Positions 27,809 through 37,510 of a stretch of DNA of 64,000 nucleotides are shown here, piece after piece. Source of the DNA: Lentisphaerota bacterium (GTDB lineage: Bacteria > Verrucomicrobiota > Lentisphaeria > Victivallales > Victivallaceae); assembly GCA_015061865.1 (NCBI GenBank), contig SUVU01000002.1, positions 4,243-68,242 of the forward strand, given 5' to 3'. Under the pieces are notes generated by a model. It was not told the origin of the DNA. It did not search any database and was given only the letters and a program-made list of their open reading frames with translations. The translations under genes were made by a program, and so were the position numbers. The first letter of the stretch is position 1; each line of letters starts with the position of its first letter.

Positions 27809-29260
27809 TTACTTGATTTTTTTCAAAATTCCGGCACTCATTCCATCCGGGCGGGAAGAATTCAACAGCTTTGCGGTAACAGTCACGCAAACATGAGTTT
27901 TTTCAATGCTTTCCGTTTCCGTACTGAATAAATACCGCAATACCGGAATATCAGACAACCACGGAACGCCGATGATCTGGGTAACTTTGCTCTCTTTTTC
28001 CCAGCGCCCCAACAGAAATTCTTTATCCAGCGGGATCAGACAATTTCCGGAAATACGGGAAGTTTCGATCAGCTCGGCACCGACATTATTGCGCTCCACC
28101 ACGTTGGCGGCCTGCAATTCATAACCAAAAAAGAGTGTTCCCGGGATTTTTTTGAACTTCGCCGGATCATAGGCCTCAACAGTAAAAGCCAGATTTCCCG
28201 GATACCCATTCTGACTTTGCCCGTATTGGATATTGACGACCGGAGCAGAAATTTTGGCATAAGTATGATAGAGATCCTCCGCCGCCGCCAGCGCCCCGGT
28301 CGAAACGCTGCTTTTATCATTGTCGCTTTTGCTGATATTCTGCTGTTGAGGATTGAAGTAAACCGCATAATCAGCAGTATTGGAATTAGACACCGTCAAT
28401 GATGCCTGATTGGTGATTTTGGCATTACCATTCTGCTGCAGCATCCGGATAAAACTGGCATCAAATTGCGGAGCGACAAAAAATCCTCCGAACGGTCCGG
28501 ATGCCGCCTGCAATGCCATACTGCCGGCAGAGGACAACCCGAATGCCTGCCATCCGGCTTCAAAAATATTGAGTCCGGGGCCGTTTTTCCACGCCAGATA
28601 CTCAATTCCCAGATCCCGCAGCGAACTCTCCCGGATCTCGTAAATCGTAAAATGCAGTGCCACCTGCGGCGGCGGCCGGTCAAGAAAACTCAAAAACTGG
28701 TAAACATATTCCGTATCAGAGGAATTATCTTTCCAATAGATCTGGTTGCTGTTGGCATCATAAGCATAGATCGCCCCCGCCGGGCCGGTGCCGATCACCG
28801 AATTTATCAACACATCTGCCACCGTCTGCCCGGAGCGGAATTTGGGGCGGTAAACAGCGCGGGTGATTCCGGTACCGCGGATAATATCGCCGCCGTTATG
28901 ACCTGCGATTTTCACTTTGCGGTCAGCTTTGGCGACAAAATCATCCACATACGGCATCATTTCCACCGGACAGGTCACGGTCAGCCATTGCTGATTGTTG
29001 CCGTAATTAACGCTGTCCACGGTGCTGTTGACATTATACCGCATAACGATACCGCTGACAAACGGGATCAAATCGTTGCCCTGAACGTATTTCAGCTTGT
29101 AGATTTTGGAGACCATCCGATCCTGCGCATCATCCTGAATGAAGCGCACGGTGCGGGTTTTCGCCCCCGGAGGACTTTGACCGTACAATGACACAATACC
29201 GACACCGAGAATACCCAGCACTGCCAGGCAGCCTCTCCAACTCAGGGATTTTTGACTCAT
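27809..29260 (-). CDS. Secretin-family outer-membrane channel protein (paralog A, 483 aa)
   Basis: It has a signal peptide. The C-terminal motif is GVPWLSDIPVLRYLFSTETESIEKTHVCVTV. The N-terminal segment FIQDDAQDRMVSKIYKLKYV parallels that of paralog B. Confidence 0.8.
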   Translation of the reverse strand: MSQKSLSWRGCLAVLGILGVGIVSLYGQSPPGAKTRTVRFIQDDAQDRMVSKIYKLKYVQGNDLIPFVSGIVMRYNVNSTVDSVNYGNNQQWLTVTCPVEMMPYVDDFVAKADRKVKIAGHNGGDIIRGTGITRAVYRPKFRSGQTVADVLINSVIGTGPAGAIYAYDANSNQIYWKDNSSDTEYVYQFLSFLDRPPPQVALHFTIYEIRESSLRDLGIEYLAWKNGPGLNIFEAGWQAFGLSSAGSMALQAASGPFGGFFVAPQFDASFIRMLQQNGNAKITNQASLTVSNSNTADYAVYFNPQQQNISKSDNDKSSVSTGALAAAEDLYHTYAKISAPVVNIQYGQSQNGYPGNLAFTVEAYDPAKFKKIPGTLFFGYELQAANVVERNNVGAELIETSRISGNCLIPLDKEFLLGRWEKESKVTQIIGVPWLSDIPVLRYLFSTETESIEKTHVCVTVTAKLLNSSRPDGMSAGILKKIK

Positions 29261-29348
29261 AATCGACTCCTCTTGTTTGAAATGCGCAGTACTCCTGCTG
29301 CGCCCATTCCCTCAATGAGAAATCAATTTAAGTTAATTTGCTGAAAAC

Positions 29349-31229
29349 TCAAATCCCCCGCGGCACTCCGGCGGCAATAACCCACTCGCCCGGCAGTACT
29401 CTGCCGTTGAGAAAACTGCGGCGGTAATCCCGTTGATGATCACAAACGACCCACAATTCTCCGCCGGAAATATCAAGTATTTCGATCTGCACTTTGCCGT
29501 TGTAAATATTTTCCATCGGCATCATGACCATTTTATACTCATTTTTTCCCGGTGCCGGCGGAGGCAGTTCAAATTCCCGCAACTCCCCGTTGATCCGCAT
29601 GACCAGCGACACCGGCTCATAATTGCACATCATGATCCGCAACTCCGCCGGAACAGTGCCGATCCGGGCAAATTGTTTGCCAATGACCATACCTTTTTTC
29701 ACCGGAATATTCTGCCACCCGCCGAACGGCTGCGGACCATAATCAAAATGCAGTATGTTTTTCCCCTGCAAATCCATGATTATTCCGTCGGGATGAATGG
29801 TTCTCTGCAATGCCGGTTCCATGTCCCGATACCATTCATAACCGCCATTGACCGGTAAAATCCCTAACAGCAATGTTAAAACGATGGTCATTCGGGTCAA
29901 ACGTACTTTGCCGGGCGCCGGATACCTCCAGGCGTTTATCATACTGCATACGGCACCGCCGCCAAAAATTGCCAGCAGCGGCAGCAGCGGTGCTCTGAAG
30001 CGGGATAATATGTAAAACATCACCACTGTCAGATAAAATATCCCCACAAAAGTATATAACAATATCCACCTGCCCCGTTTACATTCTTTTTTGATCCCCG
30101 GCAAAAACCAGAATATTCCAGCTAATCCCAGTGCCAGCAGCACCCGGTTATGCCCCCATGCCAGATATTGCAAAACGAAAGAATTACGGCAGCCGTCATA
30201 TTCCAGAGAAACATTATTCGGGATCTCTCTACCATCCCAGAACAGCAATGCTTTGCGGCACTGCAGCTCGATAAATCCTGCCGGATCGTCGCAAAACCAC
30301 TGCCACATCTGTTCCGGCACCGATACCGCATTGCGGCCTGAAGCATTTGCCATCATCCGCTTGTATGATTCTGAATAATACATCGCCCCTGCCCGTTCCC
30401 ACGGCTCTCTGCCACCGGCAGGCGCATCGATGCCATTGCCGATCGCCAACACCGCATCAGCGGCGGTACTGGCTCCGCACAGGCGCTCTTCAGCGACAGA
30501 ATTACGGATCATAAACGGCAGCTGCACCACGATCATGCAAAACAGAAACAATGCCAGATGCAGCCATGATTTTTTGCGGAATTTGCCACGTTTGAGTGTA
30601 AAAAATGCGATTGCCGGCACCAACATCCAGATATTGCCCCGGGTCAGGATCGCAATTCCGGTAACGGTTCCGGCAGCCAGCCACCATTGCCATTTATCGG
30701 CATCATACGCTTTCAACGTCAGGTATAACAACAATATCAGATGAAAGGTCTGCAAAGTTTCATTCTGGTGATAAGGAACATATAATATCAATGTTGCTGA
30801 AATCGCCGTTAATCCGGCAGCAACCAATCCGGCAGCAGATGAAAAAATTTTGCGCCCGCACCATCCGGTCAGAAACACCGTAGCGGCACTCAGCAGCGAC
30901 TGTACCAAAATTACCGCATAAACCGCCATTTTTGCGCCGCACAGCCAATTTATTGCCGCCAGAAAAACCGCATAATAATAGGGTTGATAATAAAATGTCC
31001 GGGGGAAGTTCCCCGCCGCACACTCCTGCCCCAACTGCATATAAGTAGCTAAATCGCTGGTCTCAGGAGGCGTAAACATATTGTTCATACCGCCGCCGGC
31101 TCTGGACATTTCCCATGCGGCGACCAACCGCAAAATCCAGGCGACAGCGGTGATCAATAGCAGTAAACGGACAAAAAAACCGCCGGGAACACTCTTTCCG
31201 GCGGCTTTTGAAATATCAACGGCTTTCAC
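29349..31229 (-). CDS. GT39/ArnT-like (PMT_2) polytopic membrane glycosyltransferase with a C-terminal soluble domain
   Basis: About 11 TM helices. The first-loop region resembles ArnT/PMT family proteins, and a non-membrane tail of about 170 aa follows. The family call is from architecture and is moderate. Confidence 0.55.
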   Translation of the reverse strand: MKAVDISKAAGKSVPGGFFVRLLLLITAVAWILRLVAAWEMSRAGGGMNNMFTPPETSDLATYMQLGQECAAGNFPRTFYYQPYYYAVFLAAINWLCGAKMAVYAVILVQSLLSAATVFLTGWCGRKIFSSAAGLVAAGLTAISATLILYVPYHQNETLQTFHLILLLYLTLKAYDADKWQWWLAAGTVTGIAILTRGNIWMLVPAIAFFTLKRGKFRKKSWLHLALFLFCMIVVQLPFMIRNSVAEERLCGASTAADAVLAIGNGIDAPAGGREPWERAGAMYYSESYKRMMANASGRNAVSVPEQMWQWFCDDPAGFIELQCRKALLFWDGREIPNNVSLEYDGCRNSFVLQYLAWGHNRVLLALGLAGIFWFLPGIKKECKRGRWILLYTFVGIFYLTVVMFYILSRFRAPLLPLLAIFGGGAVCSMINAWRYPAPGKVRLTRMTIVLTLLLGILPVNGGYEWYRDMEPALQRTIHPDGIIMDLQGKNILHFDYGPQPFGGWQNIPVKKGMVIGKQFARIGTVPAELRIMMCNYEPVSLVMRINGELREFELPPPAPGKNEYKMVMMPMENIYNGKVQIEILDISGGELWVVCDHQRDYRRSFLNGRVLPGEWVIAAGVPRGI

Positions 31230-31230
31230 A

Positions 31231-31797
31231 TTAAACCGTCATCAATTCTTTATCTTTGGCAGCGAACATCGCATCAACTTTGGCAATATAGCTGTCGGTA
31301 AGTTTCTGGATATCATCGAGCATTTTTTTGCGTTCGTCTTCAGTCAACTCACCGTCTTTTTCAAATTTTTTGACCGCATCATTGCCGTCACGACGGATAT
31401 TGCGCAATGCAACTTTGGCTTCCTCGGCACTGCTTTTCGCCTGTTTGCTCAAAGCCACCCGGCGATCCTGACTCAATTCGGGAATCGGCAGTTTCAGAGT
31501 TTTGCCGTCGCTCATCGGAGTAATGCCGATACTGGAGGACAACAACGCTTTTTCAATACCTTTGACGGCAGTGGCATCCCACGGCTGAATGACCAGCAAA
31601 CGCGGCTCCGGAGCAGTGATACCGGCGGCATCTTTGATCCGGGTCTGGGTGCCGTAATACTCAAAAGTGATATTTTCCACCAGAGCCGGAGAGGCTTTAC
31701 CGGTACGGATACCGGCGAAAGCACTGCTCAAAGCATCTTCGGATTTCATCATGTTTTCTTCCAGAGCATCCAACAAAGTGTCAACTGTATAAGCCAT
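31231..31797 (-). CDS. frr: Ribosome recycling factor
   Basis: IRTGKASPALVENITFEYYG and the typical 188-aa length and helical tail. Confidence 0.95.
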   Translation of the reverse strand: MAYTVDTLLDALEENMMKSEDALSSAFAGIRTGKASPALVENITFEYYGTQTRIKDAAGITAPEPRLLVIQPWDATAVKGIEKALLSSSIGITPMSDGKTLKLPIPELSQDRRVALSKQAKSSAEEAKVALRNIRRDGNDAVKKFEKDGELTEDERKKMLDDIQKLTDSYIAKVDAMFAAKDKELMTV

Positions 31798-31823
31798 TTT
31801 AAATTCCTGATTTTTATATTCTG

Positions 31824-32273
31824 TTACTGTTGTTTTTCGGATTCGGTATTTTCAAGCATTTCCAAATGCTTTTTCAGCTCCCGTTTACCCATGGTACGCA
31901 ACTGACAAATACGTTTTTTCATATTCGTCCGGGGAGAAACTTTATCCAACTCCCACATGCTGACGGTATGAGTGGAAACGCCCAGCAATGCGGCAAATTT
32001 GCCCTGAGTGAGATCAAGTTTGGTTCTGATACGGATGATACCGGCAGCGTTGAGGCGGTATTTTTTATCATCATCTTCAGCGACTTCGATGATCTGAACC
32101 GGTTCTTCTTTCACCGGCATATCTTTTTTCACCGCCGCCAATTCACGTTTCAACTCCCGGATCATCTGTTTCTGTTCAGCAACGAGTTTCAACAACGGAA
32201 CAACTGCCAGTTTCACTTCCTTGCGGGCGAGTCTGCGAACTTCATCATTGAAAACCTGTTTTATGTCTGCCAT
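31824..32273 (-). CDS. XRE-family helix-turn-helix protein with an N-terminal coiled coil
   Basis: HTH segment LDLTQGKFAALLGVSTHTVSMWE. The start was trimmed to MADIK (ATG at 32273) behind an AAGGAGA SD. Confidence 0.7.
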   Translation of the reverse strand: MADIKQVFNDEVRRLARKEVKLAVVPLLKLVAEQKQMIRELKRELAAVKKDMPVKEEPVQIIEVAEDDDKKYRLNAAGIIRIRTKLDLTQGKFAALLGVSTHTVSMWELDKVSPRTNMKKRICQLRTMGKRELKKHLEMLENTESEKQQ

Positions 32274-32424
32274 GATTGATTCTCCTTTACGTTTTTTCAA
32301 CATCTGTTTTGTTTACACAATCGCATGCTATTAATGTAACTTTAACTACAGTATTTTTCAAGGTTGTTTGATAATTTTTTTGATTTTTTCGTGATATTCG
32401 CAAAACAAATATCCTGAAAACGGC

Positions 32425-32452
32425 TTGAAAACTCCCGATACCGGTGTATATT
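32425..32452 (+). promoter_or_regulatory. Sigma70-like promoter: TTGAAA, 16-nt spacer, TATATT
   Basis: Located upstream of gpsA in a 229-bp divergent intergenic region. Confidence 0.45.
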
Positions 32453-32502
32453 CTAAACAGTCAAATGTATAATTCAACCCTGTTGTTTCAAGAGGTGTTT
32501 TT

Positions 32503-33498
32503 ATGAAAGTATCCGTTATAGGAGACGGTGCCTGGGGGACGGCACTGGCATTGAATATGATCTGCAACCGTCATCAGGTGACGCTGTGGGGAGCATTCCC
32601 GGATTATCTGGAACAGGTAAAAAAACGCCGGGAAAACTTCAAATTTCTGCCGCAGGTGACCTTGCCGGAAGAGCTGATTTTGCAGCCGGATCTTGCCGCC
32701 GCGGTTGACGGGGCAGATATCCTGCTGCTGGCGACTCCCACCCAGTTTTTGCGCAATGTGCTGAAAAATCTGGCTCCGTTTTTCAAAAAATCCACTCCGG
32801 TGATCAATGTAGCCAAAGGCATTGAAGTAGACACCTGGAAACGCATCAGCGAAATCATCGCCGAAGAAATCGGCGAAGTTGATTTCATTGATCTTTCCGG
32901 TCCCAGCCACGCCGAGGAAGTTTCCCGCCGGGTGCCGACCGCAGTGGTTGCCGCAGCCGCCAGCAATGATTCGGCAGAAATGGTGCAGAAACTGATGATG
33001 AATGAATCATTCCGGGTCTACACATCCAATGATGTTGTCGGGGTTGAGCTTGGCGGAGCATTGAAAAACGTCATGGCGATCGCAGCCGGTATCATTGACG
33101 GCATGAAACTCGGTGACAATCCCAAAGCCGCCATGATGACCAGAGGCATCGCTGAAATGAGTAAATTCGGCGAAGCTCTCGGCGGTCAGCGCAGTACCTT
33201 TGCCGGACTCAGCGGCATCGGCGACCTGATCGTCACCTGCACCAGCGGCCACAGCCGCAACCGCCACGTCGGCGAAGAACTCGGCAGAGGCAAATCCATG
33301 ACCGAAATCCAGCAGGCAATGGGAATGGTCGTCGCTGAAGGTGTCCCCACTGCCCGGGGGGCATATACTCTTGCCAGACAACATCAGGTCAGCACTCCGA
33401 TCATTGACGAGATCTACCGCATTATTTACGAACAGCGGGATGTCAATGCGGCGATCAGCAGTCTGATGAACCGCAAAGCCAAGCCCGAGGAAGAGTAA
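32503..33498 (+). CDS. gpsA: NAD(P)H-dependent glycerol-3-phosphate dehydrogenase
   Basis: MKVSVIGDGAWGTALA, and a typical GpsA central and C-terminal sequence. Confidence 0.95.
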   Translation: MKVSVIGDGAWGTALALNMICNRHQVTLWGAFPDYLEQVKKRRENFKFLPQVTLPEELILQPDLAAAVDGADILLLATPTQFLRNVLKNLAPFFKKSTPVINVAKGIEVDTWKRISEIIAEEIGEVDFIDLSGPSHAEEVSRRVPTAVVAAAASNDSAEMVQKLMMNESFRVYTSNDVVGVELGGALKNVMAIAAGIIDGMKLGDNPKAAMMTRGIAEMSKFGEALGGQRSTFAGLSGIGDLIVTCTSGHSRNRHVGEELGRGKSMTEIQQAMGMVVAEGVPTARGAYTLARQHQVSTPIIDEIYRIIYEQRDVNAAISSLMNRKAKPEEE

Positions 33499-33500
33499 CC

Positions 33501-34376
33501 ATGAAACTGTCGGTTTCCTCCAACTTATTTTCCTTCACCGGCGATCCGGATCGGCATCTGCGCATGATCAGCGAATACGGATTCACCCATTTGCTCTGGG
33601 GACAATACGGCAACAGCGATTTTGCCTATGGTAAATATGAATTGAGCGCCATCAAAAAAATGCTCAAGCGTTACAATTTGACCATTCAGGATATTCACGG
33701 CTGTGCCAATGGCGACAAAAGCTGGTTTTCAGTGCCGGAATATCAGCGTAAAGCCGGCATCGAGTTGATTATCAACCGGTTGCGGATGATGAAAACGCTC
33801 AACGCCACCGGCGTTCTGGTCATGCATCAGCCGCGGATAAAAACCAACTCCACCCCGGAGGAGATCGCTTACAAACGGCAGCAGTTTGATTCACTGCGCC
33901 GTTCCATGGACGAATTGGTTCCGGTGCTTGAAAAAATGGATGCCAAAATAGCGCTGGAAAACATGCCCGGAGATACCTGGGAATTTTTGCGCTATCTGTT
34001 GGACAACTATCCGCCGGAGCTGTTCGGGCTCTGTTTTGATTGCGGCCATGCCAATATCAATTTGAAAAATCAGTTTGCCGAGTGTGAAGAATACAAATCC
34101 CGCATCTGCTCCGTACATCTGCACGACAATAACGGCACCGGCGACCAGCATCTGGCGCCTTTCTACGGCACTGTTGATTGGGAACGCACAGCAAAACTGC
34201 TGGATTCGTCTGCGTACACCGGAGTGATAAATTTTGAACTTCATGTTCAGAAATCGCCATTTTTCAATCCGGCATTTCCGGGCAATGCCCAGCCGCCGGA
34301 AGCGGAAGCGGCATATATGGCTGATATCAGAGAACGCTGTGAGCGTTTCGCCCGGATGTGCCAAAGAAATGGATAA
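33501..34376 (+). CDS. Xylose isomerase-like TIM-barrel protein (sugar phosphate isomerase/epimerase family)
   Basis: Motifs ALENMPG, FDCGHAN and HLHDNNGTGDQHLAPFYGTVDW. Confidence 0.7.
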   Translation: MKLSVSSNLFSFTGDPDRHLRMISEYGFTHLLWGQYGNSDFAYGKYELSAIKKMLKRYNLTIQDIHGCANGDKSWFSVPEYQRKAGIELIINRLRMMKTLNATGVLVMHQPRIKTNSTPEEIAYKRQQFDSLRRSMDELVPVLEKMDAKIALENMPGDTWEFLRYLLDNYPPELFGLCFDCGHANINLKNQFAECEEYKSRICSVHLHDNNGTGDQHLAPFYGTVDWERTAKLLDSSAYTGVINFELHVQKSPFFNPAFPGNAQPPEAEAAYMADIRERCERFARMCQRNG

Positions 34377-34394
34377 CCGGACTCAACGACTGCC

Positions 34395-35030
34395 ATGACT
34401 GCAAAAGAAACATACTTAAAACTTTACCGCCAGCTGTTTGCGCTTTACGGTGATTGTGTCTGCCCTTTGAAACACGATTCGCCGTTTCAACTGCTGGCGG
34501 CAGTAATGCTCTCTGCCCAGTGCCGGGACGAACGGGTAAATCTGGTGACGGAAAAATTATTTGCCGTCGCCCCGGATGCCGTAACGATGAGCGAAACTCC
34601 GGTGGAGGAAATCGAAAAAATCATCCGCCCCTGCGGATTGTCCAACCACAAAAGCCGCAATCTGCATGAATGTGCCGGAATTATCGTTGCGCAATTCAAT
34701 GGTGAAGTTCCTCAAACCATGGAGGAACTTACCAAATTACCGGGGATCGGCAGAAAAAGCGCCAACGTGCTGCTGGGAAATTGTTTCGGCATCCCCGGCT
34801 TTCCGGTCGATACGCACGTCAACCGCCTGCTGAACCGGATCGGCATGGTGAAAACCACCTCCCCTGAAGCGATCGAAGCCGAAGTCAACCGGCAAGTCCC
34901 GCCGGAATTGTGGACCAACTTCTCCCATTTGCTGATCCAGCACGGCAGACAGGTCTGTTCCAGCCGGGCGCCGCAATGCAGTAATTGTACCATCTCTGAA
35001 ATATGCAAAAAAGTGAATGTAAAAAAATGA
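34395..35030 (+). CDS. nth: Endonuclease III
   Basis: HhH-GPD motif LPGIGRKSANVLL and a 4Fe-4S cluster C-x6-C-x2-C-x5-C (CSSRAPQCSNCTISEIC). Confidence 0.9.
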   Translation: MTAKETYLKLYRQLFALYGDCVCPLKHDSPFQLLAAVMLSAQCRDERVNLVTEKLFAVAPDAVTMSETPVEEIEKIIRPCGLSNHKSRNLHECAGIIVAQFNGEVPQTMEELTKLPGIGRKSANVLLGNCFGIPGFPVDTHVNRLLNRIGMVKTTSPEAIEAEVNRQVPPELWTNFSHLLIQHGRQVCSSRAPQCSNCTISEICKKVNVKK

Positions 35031-35689
35031 GTACTCTGAAACACAAATTCCGGCAGATCAAAAAACTGCCGACCTGGATTTATTTTTTGCCCGCAATGCT
35101 GATGCGAATTTTTTTCAAAATCTTTTACCGGGTGGAATTGATTGATAAATTCAATGTTTGCGCCCGACCGGAACGGCTGGTCGTATTGATATGGCACAAC
35201 CGGCTGCTGTTCCTGCCGTTGGCATTCCCATACAGTTTACGCAAAAACGCTTTTGCCATGGTCAGCGCCTCCCGGGACGGGCAGTACCTCACGGATTTTC
35301 TCTCTCACTTTTCCGTCCGCACCCTGCGCGGTTCGTCCAGCCGCAAAGGCATGAATGCCCTGCTCGGCGCCGTCCGGGTCATTGAAGACAACAAATATGT
35401 CGTCATCACCCCTGATGGTCCGCGCGGTCCCAAGTATAAATTGAAAAACGGTCCGGTCATGCTGGCATCACACACCGGAGCAAAAATCGTTCCCGTGGTT
35501 ATCAATTCCTCAAAATGCTGGCAATTAAAAAGTTGGGATAAATTTCAAATCCCCAAACCCGGAGCAAAATTGACGTTGATAATCGGGGAACCGATAGAAA
35601 TTCCCGCCGATCTTACTGCCGAACAGCTGCAGGAATTCCGGCAGAAAGCCGAAAGCGAATTGCTGAAAATCACCGTTGATCCGGCGTGA
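35027..35689 (+). CDS. DUF374 / lysophospholipid acyltransferase-like protein
   Basis: Motifs LIWHNRLL, SASRDGQY and ITPDGPRGP. An ATGA overlap couples it to the nth stop. Confidence 0.7.
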   Translation: MSTLKHKFRQIKKLPTWIYFLPAMLMRIFFKIFYRVELIDKFNVCARPERLVVLIWHNRLLFLPLAFPYSLRKNAFAMVSASRDGQYLTDFLSHFSVRTLRGSSSRKGMNALLGAVRVIEDNKYVVITPDGPRGPKYKLKNGPVMLASHTGAKIVPVVINSSKCWQLKSWDKFQIPKPGAKLTLIIGEPIEIPADLTAEQLQEFRQKAESELLKITVDPA

Positions 35690-36200
35690 CCGCTTCAGTC
35701 TGCTCCCCCCGGTGCAACCCGGAAATCCCACCGTAGCTCCAGACTCCGCGCACCGCACAGCATGCCAACTGAAACAATCCCCAGAAAACCAGTATCCGGA
35801 CAAAGTGCCTGAACATTTCCAGTGACGACACTTTTTTGCGGGCAAACGCCAACAGAGATACCAGTACATAAATCAGCAGTATCTGGACAATATCGCATAT
35901 TCCCAGCAGCCACGCCTCGTTGCCGCACCACGGCAGCACAATTCCGAAACACCAGCAGATTGCGCCCAAAGCACCGACTGCCAGATATCCCGGCAACAGC
36001 AAAAACCACAACGCAAAACCATTGATCGAGTCCCCAGCCAGATTGTATTCGCCGCGACTGCCGATCCAAGCTGAAACCACCACCAATACAATGTAAACCA
36101 CTACTGTCAACGTCAAACGTTTCCACTCCCGGCGCAGTTTCTCCTGGATCCGGGAACGGGATGACGATGCCTGAACAAAATGTGCAGCTGTTTTGATCAT
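35670..36200 (-). CDS. Hypothetical integral membrane protein
   Basis: Four to five hydrophobic helices. I chose the start MIKTAA (ATG at 36200), which lies 10 nt after AGGAGGA and directly after the corA stop. Confidence 0.5.
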   Translation of the reverse strand: MIKTAAHFVQASSSRSRIQEKLRREWKRLTLTVVVYIVLVVVSAWIGSRGEYNLAGDSINGFALWFLLLPGYLAVGALGAICWCFGIVLPWCGNEAWLLGICDIVQILLIYVLVSLLAFARKKVSSLEMFRHFVRILVFWGLFQLACCAVRGVWSYGGISGLHRGEQTEAVTPDQR

Positions 36201-36201
36201 T

Positions 36202-37152
36202 TCAACGTTTCCTCCTGTTCCGGGGAGTTCCGATATCACGCACCAGCAAATAGGTGACCAGACTGACCACCGCCATCACCACCACCAATCCGGCATAGGC
36301 ATGCGGCCACCAGAGACCTTCAGTCATCATGGTAAATTCCGACATTCCCCCCAGACCGGTAATCACGGTCAGCGGCATAAACACGATATTTATGATCGCC
36401 AGCAATTTCATGATATTGGAAAGGTTGTTGCTGGCAATAGTACGTCTGGCATCGGTCATTCCGGTCAGGATTTCGGTGTAGATCCGGGCAAGATTGTCAC
36501 ACTGTTTGTTTTCAATGGCAATATCTTCCAGAAACTCCAGCTCCTCTTCCTGAAATCCGATCCGCCGGCAATCATCTCTCAACCTGCCGAGCAGCAGCAG
36601 ATTTGCCCGGGTGGCAGATTCGTAATAGATCAGACTTTTCTGAAATGAAAACACATTGACCATGGATTTATTGGTCACAGCATATTCAATTTTTTTCTCG
36701 ATTTCATCAGAAATATTGCGGATCAGCCGCAGGTGCTGCAAAAAATGCTGGGTGGCATGATACAGCAAACGCAGCAGCACGCCGGGGATACTGTTTCCAC
36801 GCAGTGGAGTTTTGCCATGCTCAAACAGCGATGATGCCTCAGCCTGCACCACGATTATGCGGTCTTTGAAAAGAAATGCCCCCAGAGAAAATACCCGGAA
36901 AGCCATCATATTTTCCAACTGGATCTCCCGCGGCCGTTTCATAATCACCGCCACATGGTTCTGCTCATACTCAACACGGCTTATTTCGTCATCGTCCAGT
37001 GCAGAATTCAGGGTGTGTTCATCAATACCGCACTGTTCGACAAGGTAGAGTTTCTCCTCATCGGTCGGATTGCTGTAAACCTGGATAATCCCGAGCTGCC
37101 CATCCGGACAACGCCGGACACGCCCGTCAACAAGATCATAACATTTGAACAT
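36202..37152 (-). CDS. corA: CorA-family divalent cation transporter (signature GMS instead of GMN)
   Basis: The C-terminus FMPLTVITGLGGMSEF is followed by a final TM helix and a basic tail. 316 aa. Confidence 0.8.
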   Translation of the reverse strand: MFKCYDLVDGRVRRCPDGQLGIIQVYSNPTDEEKLYLVEQCGIDEHTLNSALDDDEISRVEYEQNHVAVIMKRPREIQLENMMAFRVFSLGAFLFKDRIIVVQAEASSLFEHGKTPLRGNSIPGVLLRLLYHATQHFLQHLRLIRNISDEIEKKIEYAVTNKSMVNVFSFQKSLIYYESATRANLLLLGRLRDDCRRIGFQEEELEFLEDIAIENKQCDNLARIYTEILTGMTDARRTIASNNLSNIMKLLAIINIVFMPLTVITGLGGMSEFTMMTEGLWWPHAYAGLVVVMAVVSLVTYLLVRDIGTPRNRRKR

Positions 37153-37445
37153 TGGTGATTCCTCTTTCTTTTCTAATCAGCGTCAAGAGGACACAGTCAA
37201 ATGCAATGCCGCCACACCGGTCAGCTTGCCGGATGATTTTTCAGAAGCAACCGGCACCAAGCAGCGGCTGCCAATCCCCGGCGGCATTGCACCATCGAGG
37301 TCCGGGATCGTCGATACTGTTCATAAATTCAGCCTCTGCTTTTATTAATACTCTCTGCGGCACGCCGGAAAGGGTTCCCGGCAAACATCAATATTGTTAA
37401 TTTAGCACTCCGGAAAAAGTTTTTCAACCCTTGAAAGTTGGAAAT

Positions 37446-37474
37446 TTGCATTTTTATTGTATTTGTAGTATAGT
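37446..37474 (+). promoter_or_regulatory. Sigma70-like promoter: TTGCAT, 17-nt spacer, TATAGT
   Basis: Located 37 nt upstream of the mcsA ATG region. Confidence 0.45.
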
Positions 37475-37510
37475 ATGCCGCAATCACCGCAAGAGGAGAG
37501 AAACTGAATT

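Noticed and set aside
37243-37326. 27-codon minus-strand ORF (MNSIDDPGPRWCNAAGDWQPLLGAGCF) upstream of corA
   Set aside because: It has only a weak SD-like sequence, and I can assess no conservation. It is mentioned under the corA leader finding but not called as a gene.
37380-37510. CtsR operator upstream of mcsA
   Set aside because: No (A/G)GTCAAA direct repeat is present on either strand.
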